The notes below the pieces were generated by a model that worked only from the letters and a program-made list of their open reading frames with translations, was not told the DNA's origin and did no database searches. A stretch of 64,000 nucleotides of DNA, from positions 17,158 to 81,157 of the forward strand of contig DSCM01000096.1 of the NCBI GenBank assembly GCA_011049115.1, given 5' to 3'. Below, piece after piece: positions 29,435 to 38,509 of the stretch. Made by a program: the position numbers and the translations under genes. The stretch's first letter is position 1, and every line of letters starts with the position of its first letter. The stretch is from Pseudomonadota bacterium (GTDB lineage: Bacteria; Desulfobacterota; Anaeroferrophillalia; Anaeroferrophillales; Tharpellaceae).

Positions 29435-30307
29435 TTAAAAACTGCTGGCCTCGGCCAGCAGTCGCTCACGATTGCGCGCAACAAAAAGCTTGAGATCCCT
29501 CCGCCAGGGAAGCATCAGTAACAGGCCATCATGCTCGAGACGATGATTAAGCAAAAGTGAGTTCTCCGGCCTTCGGGCCGGAGTCGGATACTGGGCACTT
29601 AGGCAGGGAACAATGCGATGTTCCACCTCCATCATATCGAGAAAAGTACAGGCCACTTCATACCAGCTCGCCGAGCCTTCGGCAACGGCATGATAGAGAC
29701 CCCTTTTCCCGGCCCTGACTAACGACAGCAATTGTTGTGCCAGCCTCCAGCTCCAAGTCAGACAACCAAACTGGTCCGCCACCACCTGTCTTTCCCTTCG
29801 CGGCTCTGACAATACCAGGCGTAAAATGGTTTTGAGAAAATTATGCCCGTACCGGCCATAAAGCCAGGCCGTACGCACGACAAGGAAATCACAACCAGCA
29901 CCGGCCACAGCCTTCTCACCGGCCAGCTTACTGCGCCCATAAACCGAAACCGGGCCGACCGGGTCATCCTCGCGATAGCCCAAGGGCAGTGGCCGATCTC
30001 CAGCAAAAACATAGTCGGTCGAGATCTGAACCAGTAAAGCTCCCAGCTCCTTTGCCGCCAGCGCCAGACAAGCCGGAGCCTCGACATTAATCAGGCGAGC
30101 CGATTCCGGTTCATGCTCACAAGCATCAACCCGGGTATGGGCGGCGGCGTTGATAATCAGCTGCGGACGACAATGTAGTACCGCCTGCCCGATCTTTTCG
30201 GGATGAAGAAGATTGAGATCCGCAGAAGTAAAACCACAGACCTCATATTCGGAGGAAAAAACTTCCCGGCAATCTGAGCCTAGTTGTCCTCTGGCCCCCA
30301 GTAACAT
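29435..30307 (-). CDS. rfbD: dTDP-4-dehydrorhamnose reductase
   Basis: LLGARGQLG NAD(P) motif and STDYVFAGD catalytic motif. Start set at the internal MLLGA. Confidence 0.75.
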   Translation of the reverse strand: MLLGARGQLGSDCREVFSSEYEVCGFTSADLNLLHPEKIGQAVLHCRPQLIINAAAHTRVDACEHEPESARLINVEAPACLALAAKELGALLVQISTDYVFAGDRPLPLGYREDDPVGPVSVYGRSKLAGEKAVAGAGCDFLVVRTAWLYGRYGHNFLKTILRLVLSEPRRERQVVADQFGCLTWSWRLAQQLLSLVRAGKRGLYHAVAEGSASWYEVACTFLDMMEVEHRIVPCLSAQYPTPARRPENSLLLNHRLEHDGLLLMLPWRRDLKLFVARNRERLLAEASSF

Positions 30308-30482
30308 CAAGCGCGGTCGGTTTTTAGTTTTTGCAGAAATGAGCTTTTCCCGTGCCATCCTCTGCTCGCAAAATGTCATTTTTTTGACAAAAAAATGTCG
30401 GAGCGTCAACCCCAGAGCTGCCGCTCCGACCTGAATTGTTTGATAACGGTGGAGCCTTGCCAAAACCCGTTTTGGGAAACCT

Positions 30483-30884
30483 TTATCCCGCCAATAGCTT
30501 TACCACGTAGGAACGCTGTCTGGGACCGTCGAGCTCGACGAAAAAAATTCCCTGCCAGCCCCCCAGGACCAGCTTTCCCTGATCGACTGGCAACACCAGC
30601 GAGGTTCCGATTAACACGCTCAGAATATGGGCATCGGAATTTCCCTCAAGATGCCGGTAAGCATCACGTTCCGGCACTAGTTGCGCCAATCTCGTGAACA
30701 GATCCAGCGGCACGTCGGCGTCAGCGTTTTCATTAACCGTCACCGCCGCCGTCGTATGTTGAACAAAAACCATACAAATCCCGTTTCGGCAAGCGACCGC
30801 ATCAAGGTCAGCCTGCAGCTTTGCGGTAATGTCAATCATCTGCCGCCGATGGCGGCTGCGTAATTGGTGCGTGAAAAGCATCAA
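30483..30884 (-). CDS. yjbQ: YjbQ/UPF0047-family protein (secondary thiamine-phosphate synthase-like)
   Basis: 133 aa, resembling YjbQ. Confidence 0.6.
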   Translation of the reverse strand: MMLFTHQLRSRHRRQMIDITAKLQADLDAVACRNGICMVFVQHTTAAVTVNENADADVPLDLFTRLAQLVPERDAYRHLEGNSDAHILSVLIGTSLVLPVDQGKLVLGGWQGIFFVELDGPRQRSYVVKLLAG

Positions 30885-30899
30885 AAGGTCTGGTGAAGC

Positions 30900-31331
30900 T
30901 TAAATAGCGGCCAGAATTTTATCAACAAAGGACCCGACCTCCTGTTTGACCTTGGCCGCAACCGGAGTCTGTTTAACCTTGATCCCGTCTGCCAGCAGCC
31001 TCATCTCGTACAGGTTTTTCATGGTGTCCTCGACAATCGCAAGCGACTCCCCGCTCCAGCCAAATGAAGCAAAAGCGGCCCCTGGCTTACCCTTCAGATC
31101 AGCCTTTTCAAGTTTAAAGAGGACCTGTTTCATAGTATTTATCAGATCCTTATGGTAGGTCGGCCCACCCAGCAAGAGAACATCCGCCGCCCGCACATCC
31201 ACAAGCTCCATTTCTTTGGGCTTGAACGCCTTGACCTGGTGACCGGCGGCCTGAAAAAGCTCGCCCATAACCTCAACCACCCGCTGTGTGTTTCCCCGCA
31301 AGGAATCATAGACAATAACTACCTTCGCCAT
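30900..31331 (-). CDS. Flavodoxin-like protein
   Basis: MAKVVIVYDSLRGNTQ flavodoxin start. The listed ORF begins with an upstream TTG. Confidence 0.7.
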   Translation of the reverse strand: MAKVVIVYDSLRGNTQRVVEVMGELFQAAGHQVKAFKPKEMELVDVRAADVLLLGGPTYHKDLINTMKQVLFKLEKADLKGKPGAAFASFGWSGESLAIVEDTMKNLYEMRLLADGIKVKQTPVAAKVKQEVGSFVDKILAAI

Positions 31332-31454
31332 GATATCAATACTCCTCAATTCAGCCCGGCGATTATTAAATCGCTTCGCAGACCACCACAAAAACCAAGG
31401 TATATTAAAACGCGATTGAATTTTTTTCCAGATAATACCGTCCCACCGAGGTCC

Positions 31455-31616
31455 TCAATCGAACCTGCTGAAGCTTTCCTTATCGGCTCCGCACATCGGA
31501 CAGACCCAGTCTTCGGGCAGGTCGGCAAACGCAGTTCCAGGAGCGATGCCCCCATCAGGGTCACCAACCTCGGGGTCATAGACATAGCCGCACACATCAC
31601 ATACAAATTTATCCAT
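31455..31616 (-). CDS. rub: Rubredoxin (53 aa), missed by the ORF track because it is under 60 aa
   Basis: Hand translation gives [53 protein letters not shown] with the two canonical CxxCG knuckles. A GGAGG RBS lies 6 nt upstream. Confidence 0.85.
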   Translation of the reverse strand: MDKFVCDVCGYVYDPEVGDPDGGIAPGTAFADLPEDWVCPMCGADKESFSRFD

Positions 31617-31748
31617 CTCAACCTCCTATTCTAAATGCGGGAGCATTCTCCCGTAACCCAAAAACGGCTTTTATGAACAGCCAAGCCAGGATTCAGCTCA
31701 TTTTCCTGTTTTTTTTCAAACGGATAAGGAATTATAAGATCATAACGA

Positions 31749-32057
31749 CTACTGATCCTGTGCCGGGTCTGCTTTTCTGCCGCCGGGTCCGTCAAGAGCG
31801 AGGTTTTCTTTAATATATTTGAGTACCAACAAGCTATCGACCGCTGTAAACTGACTGCGGTCGTAAGCCACCATCCGCGCCACAATGTTTTCCCATTCTG
31901 ACTGATAGGCTTTCTTTTCCGTCACCAGATCATAATCATGACAAAGCGTACATTTTTTTTCCATCACGGCCGCCAGCGCTGACTGGGCAAAAACGCTCAA
32001 AGGGATGACGGCTACCAAAAGCATGAAAAGCAAACTGAAGAATATCAATCTCCCCAT
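31749..32057 (-). CDS. Small secreted protein with a single CxxCH motif (putative monoheme c-type cytochrome)
   Basis: Signal peptide followed by KKCTLCHD. Confidence 0.45.
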   Translation of the reverse strand: MGRLIFFSLLFMLLVAVIPLSVFAQSALAAVMEKKCTLCHDYDLVTEKKAYQSEWENIVARMVAYDRSQFTAVDSLLVLKYIKENLALDGPGGRKADPAQDQ

Positions 32058-32530
32058 ACGATTTCTCCCTTATTTTTAACATCATAAAGCTGATCCGAAA
32101 GAATCCGCGCATGCTGATCTTCCTCCCGGGCCATCTGTTCGAACATCGCAATCCCGTTCGGATCTTCGATCTCAGCCGCCAGATCACGATAAGCCTGGGC
32201 CGCGTTCTTCTCATTCTTGATCCCGTAATTTAGGATCTCAAGCAGATCTTTCCGCACCGCGTCATCAAGCTTGCTGCTGCCCTCGACTCCGACCGGCTCC
32301 AAGAGAGAACTTTCGTAGGTAATATAACATTGCTCACCTTCAAGAGAAGTTTTCAGGGCCTGCAAAGCTGCAAGGTGAGCGGCTTCAAACTCAGCCAACT
32401 GTGTAAAAAGAGCTTTCGCCGGCCCTGCACCGACCTTAAGCGCGGCCTCGGCATAGAACTCACTGGCTTGCCTCTCCGCTTCCATGCCCAGATCAATTGC
32501 GTCCAGAACGGTTTTGCTGCACTCAAACAT
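32045..32530 (-). CDS. Rubrerythrin/ferritin-like diiron protein (no rubredoxin domain)
   Basis: ExxH-type pairs (EAERQASEFY, EFEAAHL, EKNAAQAY, EEDQHARI). Start set at MFECS, which has a GGAGAA RBS. Confidence 0.65.
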   Translation of the reverse strand: MFECSKTVLDAIDLGMEAERQASEFYAEAALKVGAGPAKALFTQLAEFEAAHLAALQALKTSLEGEQCYITYESSLLEPVGVEGSSKLDDAVRKDLLEILNYGIKNEKNAAQAYRDLAAEIEDPNGIAMFEQMAREEDQHARILSDQLYDVKNKGEIVWGD

Positions 32531-32709
32531 TTCAGTTCTCCTTCCCACCCTGTTCTCAAGAGGAAACCCGAGAAATCAAAGATATAAAACCAAATCACAA
32601 ACAATACTAATTTAGTGTTGTCTTACAACATAATCTGCCTGTTTGCAATCAATTTTTTCTTTGCTCGGGATCAGAAACGACGGCCATTGATAATTCCGAC
32701 CGCCCTTGA

Positions 32710-33558
32710 TCACGGCCCTGACCCAATGGGGGCGTCCGCGACGATCAGCTTTTCGGCGCATTTCTGACCCAGAAAAACCAGCGACTCAATATCCAGATAG
32801 TCAAGCACGGTCTCATCAAAAAGGATCTTGACCTGGGGTGTAAAACCTTCCACCTGATCGCCATCCCAAAAAAACAGCCGAAAAGGAATGCGGGGTAGAG
32901 GATAAAAAAGGGCGACGACCTCGGCATTGCTGTCGAAGGCGGAAAAATCGGCCTTCAGAAAACGTAAAGCGGCCACCAGGGCCTGCGGTCGGCCGTTGAA
33001 AGATGAGGCGATTTTTTCCTCGCAACCGGCGAAAAAAGCCTTGCGCTTAGCCAGACTGCCGGGAAGACTCTCCATGGGAACCCAGTTGCCGCTTAAAGGA
33101 CGCCCACCGGCTTCAGCGACATAGTTATACAACAGAACATGTTCCCAAAGATCATGCTCTCCCTGATCCAGAGGTTCCACCTGTTTTTTATCCACCCGAT
33201 ACAGGCGCCCCAAAAGGTTAATTTCTAAGGCCTGGCCCGACTCATCCTCAAGTAAACGGGCGCCGATTTTATCCGCCACCCGCGCAAAATCACAATCCTT
33301 GATTTTTCCCTGAACAAATTTCCGGGCCGAAAAAAGATGATCTGGAAAAGCCGTTTCAGCCCCCTGATCACGCAGGGCCTGTTTGACAAAAACCAGATCT
33401 TCCGGTTTCCAGTAAGGGCATTTAGCGGGGTTTTCCCCCTCTCTGAGCACTTGCATGGCAAAAGCCATGCAGGTGGCATAACCACAAGCCCCGCAGTTGG
33501 TCCGAGGCAGTTTTTTTAATAAATCCAAAATTTTCAGCAAAGTTTTTTTTTCAGCCAT
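32710..33558 (-). CDS. Fe-S cluster domain protein (RnfB N-terminal-type putative [4Fe-4S] motif plus an uncharacterised domain)
   Basis: N-terminus LPRTNCGACGYATCMAFAMQV...CPYW. Confidence 0.45.
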   Translation of the reverse strand: MAEKKTLLKILDLLKKLPRTNCGACGYATCMAFAMQVLREGENPAKCPYWKPEDLVFVKQALRDQGAETAFPDHLFSARKFVQGKIKDCDFARVADKIGARLLEDESGQALEINLLGRLYRVDKKQVEPLDQGEHDLWEHVLLYNYVAEAGGRPLSGNWVPMESLPGSLAKRKAFFAGCEEKIASSFNGRPQALVAALRFLKADFSAFDSNAEVVALFYPLPRIPFRLFFWDGDQVEGFTPQVKILFDETVLDYLDIESLVFLGQKCAEKLIVADAPIGSGP

Positions 33559-34309
33559 CTGCGCCGCCGGTCTGCTTTACGGAATCGGAGAACTGCCGTT
33601 GCTGCCGATTGATTTCGGCATCGGAAGGCCGGATATAAAGTGGCTCTAAGTTCCGGCTGACGGCTCGCAAACCGATCCGCCGTTCGCCGGGTGAAAAAAC
33701 CGCATCCCTGGAGAACCAAGGCATTTCCAGCAATAAAGCCGGCTCCGGCAAAGCCCGGCGACCTTCATAAAATTCGCCTCCGGTCAAGTTCTCAGCTATT
33801 TTCCCCTTGTAAAGATCAACCCCGGAACCAGCCAACAGCAGCCCTTCGGCCGGCAACGCTGCGGCCATAACCTCCGGATCATCAACTCGATAGTGGGAGG
33901 ATCTTTTCAACGTTTTTCCGTCACTGTAATATAAAGCCCAATAAACCTGACCGCGCCGGGCGTCAGTCAAAACCGCCACCTGTCCCTTGCGTCGAATAAA
34001 TCTCCAGGCGATCAGATCATGTTCGACAAAGGTAAAAAGCGGGCACCCCAGAGCCTGGGAAAGACCCTGCATACTTGTCATGCCGATACGCAGCCCGCTG
34101 AAGGACCCCGGTCCACAACTGACCGCCAGCCGTCTCAAAGCACAGAGTTCAAAGCCGCTCAAGGTCAGCAGCTCATCCACCGCTGTCAGCAGGGTCTGCG
34201 AGTGAGACCGGGACGAATCCAGACGCAGGGCCGCCAGAACCCTGCCGTCCCGCAGCAGGGCAATCCGCAAATCCGTTGTACAGCTGTCCAGAACCAGGGT
34301 CAGAGGCAT
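33551..34309 (-). CDS. tsaB: tRNA threonylcarbamoyladenosine biosynthesis protein TsaB (YeaZ) with a C-terminal extension
   Basis: LVLDSCTTDLRIALL...SCGPGSFSGLRIG. Confidence 0.65.
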   Translation of the reverse strand: MPLTLVLDSCTTDLRIALLRDGRVLAALRLDSSRSHSQTLLTAVDELLTLSGFELCALRRLAVSCGPGSFSGLRIGMTSMQGLSQALGCPLFTFVEHDLIAWRFIRRKGQVAVLTDARRGQVYWALYYSDGKTLKRSSHYRVDDPEVMAAALPAEGLLLAGSGVDLYKGKIAENLTGGEFYEGRRALPEPALLLEMPWFSRDAVFSPGERRIGLRAVSRNLEPLYIRPSDAEINRQQRQFSDSVKQTGGADG

Positions 34310-34311
34310 GA

Positions 34312-35391
34312 TTATTTACTGAAAATTCGAGCAAGATCGTTGTAAAAAACAAAAATCATCAGGGAGACTAAAAGACAGAGCCCGATCTGCTGCGCAATCT
34401 CCATTTTTCGCATGCTTACCGGTCGGCCGAGAATGATCTCCATCGTGATGAAGAGGAGATGACCGCCGTCCAGAACCGGTATCGGCAGCAGATTAAGGAT
34501 ACCAAGATTGACGCTGATAATACCCATAAAATAAAGCAGGCTCAGAATTCCGGCCTTGGCATGCTGACCCGCCATCTGTGCGATCATGATCGGCCCGCCT
34601 AGTTCTTTGGCGGGAATCACCCGTTCGATCATCTTAACAAATCCGACGATGGTCAGATAAGCCACTTTCCAGGTTTCGTTCAAGCCCTGAAGCAGAGCCT
34701 GCGCGGGTTGATAATGACGAATTTCGGTTTCCCCGGAAGCCGTGATGCCGACAACATAATTGACCACATTCTCACCGAACATGTTTCGGGTCTCAATTCT
34801 CTGAGGCACAATCCGGGTTTCATCAAGAAGTTCACCACGCTGATAAACTATCCGCAATTCGCGGCCGCCACTGGCGCGGATCGTCGTTGAAAGCTGATCC
34901 CAGTCATCAATTTTTTGTTCATCAATGGAAATAATCCTGTCCCCCGGCCTGAGACCGGCGGCGTAAGCCGGCATTTCATGGTTTACCTCGCCGACCACGG
35001 GGCTAAGTAAAGGTACGCCAAAAAGATAGACTACAGAAAATACAAGACCCGCAAAAAGAATATTGGCCCCCGGTCCCGCGATAATAATCGCCAGGCGCTG
35101 CCAGGGGCTTTTATATTCATAGGAAAAAGGCTTTTCTTCGGCGCTTAACTCGCCAGTCTCGCTGCCCTTGCCTTCGCCCAGCATTTTGACGTAGCCACCG
35201 AGCGGAACCGCCGAAAGCAGATATTCAGTGTCCCCGTAACGCAGACCCAGAAGACGGGGACCAAACCCCATAGAAAAGGTTAAAACCCTGACTCCACAGA
35301 GCTTGGCCACCAGAAAATGGCCAAGTTCATGGACAAAGATAAGAATGCCGAGAACGACAATCGCCGAAACGATACTGTACATAAAAACCAA
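34312..35391 (-). CDS. rseP: RIP zinc metalloprotease RseP (site-2 protease)
   Basis: HELGHFLVAKLCGV HExxH motif, PDZ region and LDGG motif. Confidence 0.85.
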   Translation of the reverse strand: MVFMYSIVSAIVVLGILIFVHELGHFLVAKLCGVRVLTFSMGFGPRLLGLRYGDTEYLLSAVPLGGYVKMLGEGKGSETGELSAEEKPFSYEYKSPWQRLAIIIAGPGANILFAGLVFSVVYLFGVPLLSPVVGEVNHEMPAYAAGLRPGDRIISIDEQKIDDWDQLSTTIRASGGRELRIVYQRGELLDETRIVPQRIETRNMFGENVVNYVVGITASGETEIRHYQPAQALLQGLNETWKVAYLTIVGFVKMIERVIPAKELGGPIMIAQMAGQHAKAGILSLLYFMGIISVNLGILNLLPIPVLDGGHLLFITMEIILGRPVSMRKMEIAQQIGLCLLVSLMIFVFYNDLARIFSK

Positions 35392-35392
35392 C

Positions 35393-36595
35393 CTAGATTA
35401 TTGAATTACGCCCCTGAACATCCGCTCCAACCAGCGTTTCACGGACCTGGGCGTCATACGCCAGAACTTCGGCAAGAGTGGAAAAATTTTGCTGCACCAC
35501 CTTGTCAAGAACCTTGGCGACCGTTGCCACGATCTCCAGAAAACCAATCTTCCGCTGCCGGAAAAGTTCAACCGCAACTTCGTTGGCGGCATTAAAAGCG
35601 ATGGCGCCACTATCGCCGGAGGCCAAGGCCTCACGGACCAACCGCAAAGCCGGAAAACGATCACTGTCGGCCGGATGAAAATCAAGCTGTCCCAATCCGG
35701 CCAAATCAAGTTTAGGTAAGGCCAGAGGCAATCTCTCAGGATAACCCAGAGCATAGGCGATCGGCAGACGCATATCAGGCAAACCCAGCTGCGCGATTAC
35801 CGAACCATCCACATACTCAACCAGTGAATGAACGATACTTTGGGGGTGAACCAGCACCTCGATCCGGTCCGGATCAATCTCAAAAAGCCAGCGGGCCTCG
35901 ATAATTTCCAGAGCCTTATTCATCATCGTCGCCGAGTCGATGCTGATCTTCGGCCCCATCTCCCAACGAGGATGGCACAGGGCCTGTTCCAGGGTCACCG
36001 TCGCCATCGCGGAGCTGGAAAATTCGCGAAAGGGACCTCCCGATGCCGTAAGAATCAGTTTGGCCACCCCTTTTGGGGGAGCGCCTTGCAGAGCCTGCCA
36101 GATAGCGGAATGTTCGCTGTCCAAAGGCAGGATTCTGGCGCCGTGGGCGGCGGCGGTCTGGTTCAGAAGACGACCGGCCATAACCATCGACTCCTTATTG
36201 GCCAGGGCGACATCCTTACCGGCCGTCAGGGCGGCATGAACCGGTTCCAGACCAATCGCCCCCACCATCGCCGCCACCAGAAGATCTGATTCAGCCTGCC
36301 TGGCCACCGCCAAAGCCCCGTCCCGACCGACCAAAACCGGAATCGTGAGTCGCTTTTCCCGCAATTTTCGCTCTAAAAAAGCGGCCCCGGCCTTATCCTG
36401 AACCGCCAGAAGCCGGGGTTTGAAACGTTGCGCCTGAGAAAATAATTCAGCGACATTTTTCCCGCCGCCCAAAGCCACCACCTCAAAGTATTCAGGAAAA
36501 CGACTTATGACATCAAGGGCGCTGCGACCGATTGAACCGGTGGCTCCGAGTAACGCAATCTTCTTTTCCGGCCTGGACATTTTTACAGAATCCAC
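35393..36595 (-). CDS. dxr: 1-deoxy-D-xylulose 5-phosphate reductoisomerase
   Basis: IALLGATGSIGRSALDV NADPH motif in a 400-aa protein. Confidence 0.9.
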   Translation of the reverse strand: MDSVKMSRPEKKIALLGATGSIGRSALDVISRFPEYFEVVALGGGKNVAELFSQAQRFKPRLLAVQDKAGAAFLERKLREKRLTIPVLVGRDGALAVARQAESDLLVAAMVGAIGLEPVHAALTAGKDVALANKESMVMAGRLLNQTAAAHGARILPLDSEHSAIWQALQGAPPKGVAKLILTASGGPFREFSSSAMATVTLEQALCHPRWEMGPKISIDSATMMNKALEIIEARWLFEIDPDRIEVLVHPQSIVHSLVEYVDGSVIAQLGLPDMRLPIAYALGYPERLPLALPKLDLAGLGQLDFHPADSDRFPALRLVREALASGDSGAIAFNAANEVAVELFRQRKIGFLEIVATVAKVLDKVVQQNFSTLAEVLAYDAQVRETLVGADVQGRNSII

Positions 36596-37407
36596 AGGCT
36601 GTATCCGTAAAAGATAACCGGTGCGGCAAACAGCACACTGTCCAAACGATCCAGAATGCCACCGTGCCCGGGAATCAGAGAACCAGAGTCCTTAATCCCG
36701 CGGCTGCGTTTGAGAAACGATTCAAAAAGATCACCCATCTGTCCGACAAAGTTAGCGGCCAGGCCGAGAACTATAATTTCATTCCAGGCAATCGAAACAA
36801 AACCGAGGCCTTTAAAGAACAGCGCAAAGAATACGGCCCCGAAAAGCCCGGCCAGAAAGCCCTCAACCGTCTTGTTCGGGCTGATCAGCGGCGAAAGTTT
36901 ACGTTTTCCCCAATAGGTTCCACAGTAAAAGGAAAAGGCGTCCCCTCCCCAGGTTACCATCAGAATAAAGGCCACCAGACTGCGACCTTCAGGAAGATCC
37001 CAGATCAGGAGAAAATGGGCGAAAAAGAACGGCAGATAGATAATAAAAAGTAACACCATCGCCAAACGGGGCAAGGCCTCAGCTTCAAGCCCAGCCTCAA
37101 AAAGAAGCAGAACCAAGGTAAAAAAAGCGATGGCCAAGGCTCCGGAAAGACCGCTCACTCCCCGGAAATAGGCGGCAAAGAAAAGTAAAAAAACCAGAGC
37201 CCAGACCGGGCCTCGCAGGCGAAAGCCGCTGCGCTCACCCAAAAAAAGCGGCCAACTCTCTTGGATCAGCGCCCCCAGAACCGCTAAAAGAACCAGAAAG
37301 AAAAACCATTTTGGAGCAACCGCCAGAAAAAAAACGATCACCGGCAGAGTCACGGCTGCGGTTTTCACCCGGCGGCTGCCCAAAATTTCTCTCACGGTTT
37401 CATTCAT
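36583..37407 (-). CDS. cdsA: Phosphatidate cytidylyltransferase
   Basis: C-terminus KRSRGIKDSGSLIPGHGGILDRLDS. Start set at the internal MNETVRE. Confidence 0.8.
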   Translation of the reverse strand: MNETVREILGSRRVKTAAVTLPVIVFFLAVAPKWFFFLVLLAVLGALIQESWPLFLGERSGFRLRGPVWALVFLLFFAAYFRGVSGLSGALAIAFFTLVLLLFEAGLEAEALPRLAMVLLFIIYLPFFFAHFLLIWDLPEGRSLVAFILMVTWGGDAFSFYCGTYWGKRKLSPLISPNKTVEGFLAGLFGAVFFALFFKGLGFVSIAWNEIIVLGLAANFVGQMGDLFESFLKRSRGIKDSGSLIPGHGGILDRLDSVLFAAPVIFYGYSLWIL

Positions 37408-37438
37408 AAAAAAACCCCGTTGTCTGATTATAGCGGAC

Positions 37439-38170
37439 CTACTTGTTTTCCGGAACGCGCCCAAAGCGGCGCTCCCGACACTTAAAATCATCAATGATCC
37501 GCCCCAACTCTTCCGCTGAAAAATCCGGCCACAAGGTCTCCGTAAAATAAAGTTCGGTGTAGGCTGACTGCCAGAGAAGGAAATTACTGACTCTAAACTC
37601 ACCCCCGGTACGAATCATCATATCGGGATCCGGCAGACCGGCCGTATACAGATGACGGGACAGCAGCTCATCATTAATTTCATCACAGCGCAACTCGCCA
37701 TTTTGCACTTGACGACAGAGCTCCGCCGCCGCATCACAAAGTTCGTCCCGGCCACCGTAACTGATCGCCAGATTCAGGATCATACCGTTTCCGGATGACG
37801 TATCGAGGATGACACGCTCCAGTTCCCGGCGCAACCCCGGCTCCAGACGCTGGAGTCGACCAATCGCCCGAAGACGGATGTTATTTTTTTTGAGCCTTTT
37901 GTCTTCACGCCGCAGATAATGTCGTAAAAGGCTCATCAGCGCGCTGACTTCAAAGACCGGCCGTTGCCAGTTTTCCGAAGAAAAAGCGTAGAGTGTAAGG
38001 ACCTCGAGGCCGATTCCGGAACAGTAACTAACCATACGATCAACCGTTTTGGCTCCGGCTTCATGCCCTTTTACCCGGGGACGACCATGTTTCTCAGCCC
38101 AGCGACCGTTCCCATCCATAATCATGGCGATATGACGCAGGGTCGAAGGAAGAAGATTGCCTACATTCAT
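37439..38170 (-). CDS. uppS: Undecaprenyl diphosphate synthase
   Basis: HIAMIMDGNGRWA start and ENWQRP motif. Confidence 0.9.
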   Translation of the reverse strand: MNVGNLLPSTLRHIAMIMDGNGRWAEKHGRPRVKGHEAGAKTVDRMVSYCSGIGLEVLTLYAFSSENWQRPVFEVSALMSLLRHYLRREDKRLKKNNIRLRAIGRLQRLEPGLRRELERVILDTSSGNGMILNLAISYGGRDELCDAAAELCRQVQNGELRCDEINDELLSRHLYTAGLPDPDMMIRTGGEFRVSNFLLWQSAYTELYFTETLWPDFSAEELGRIIDDFKCRERRFGRVPENK

Positions 38171-38509
38171 TCCCAGATCTATTTTCTCTGTTGCGGGAAC
38201 AGCCTTTGAAAACGACGCCGTCCACTGGGCTTGAGATAATTTGCAGAAATAATCAAGAAAAACATCGTTGTCCCCTTCGCCGCAACTTCAAACTAACCCT
38301 TTAAAATCATAAAATAATTACTGGATTTACGTCATAAGGACTCGCCCGAGGGGCGGGGCTCGCTTTTTTAAAAAAGACGACCATCAGGATAAAGCGGAGA
38401 CCGCTTCAGAGACTGCGTCAGCAACACTCTTTTGGCAGAAATACCTTGCCGCGTGAAACTAAGTCAAGGAAAAGTTGAACCTTCAAACATAAAAGGTTAG
38501 AATAGAAAG

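Noticed and set aside
30900-31391. Listed upstream starts for several genes (flavodoxin, hdrC, rfbD, cdsA, selB, acyl-CoA dehydrogenase, nuoF)
   Set aside because: The track renders TTG/GTG starts as M. Internal ATG starts with better RBS spacing and family-typical N-termini were preferred
31346-31621. Listed 91-aa minus-strand ORF (MRWINLYVM...)
   Set aside because: It is TTG-initiated and in the wrong frame. The same locus encodes a canonical 53-aa rubredoxin with an ATG and RBS in another frame
38420-38450. Sigma-54 promoter candidate TTGGCAGAAATACCTTGCC upstream of dus
   Set aside because: The GG-to-GC spacing is 2 nt longer than the -24/-12 consensus
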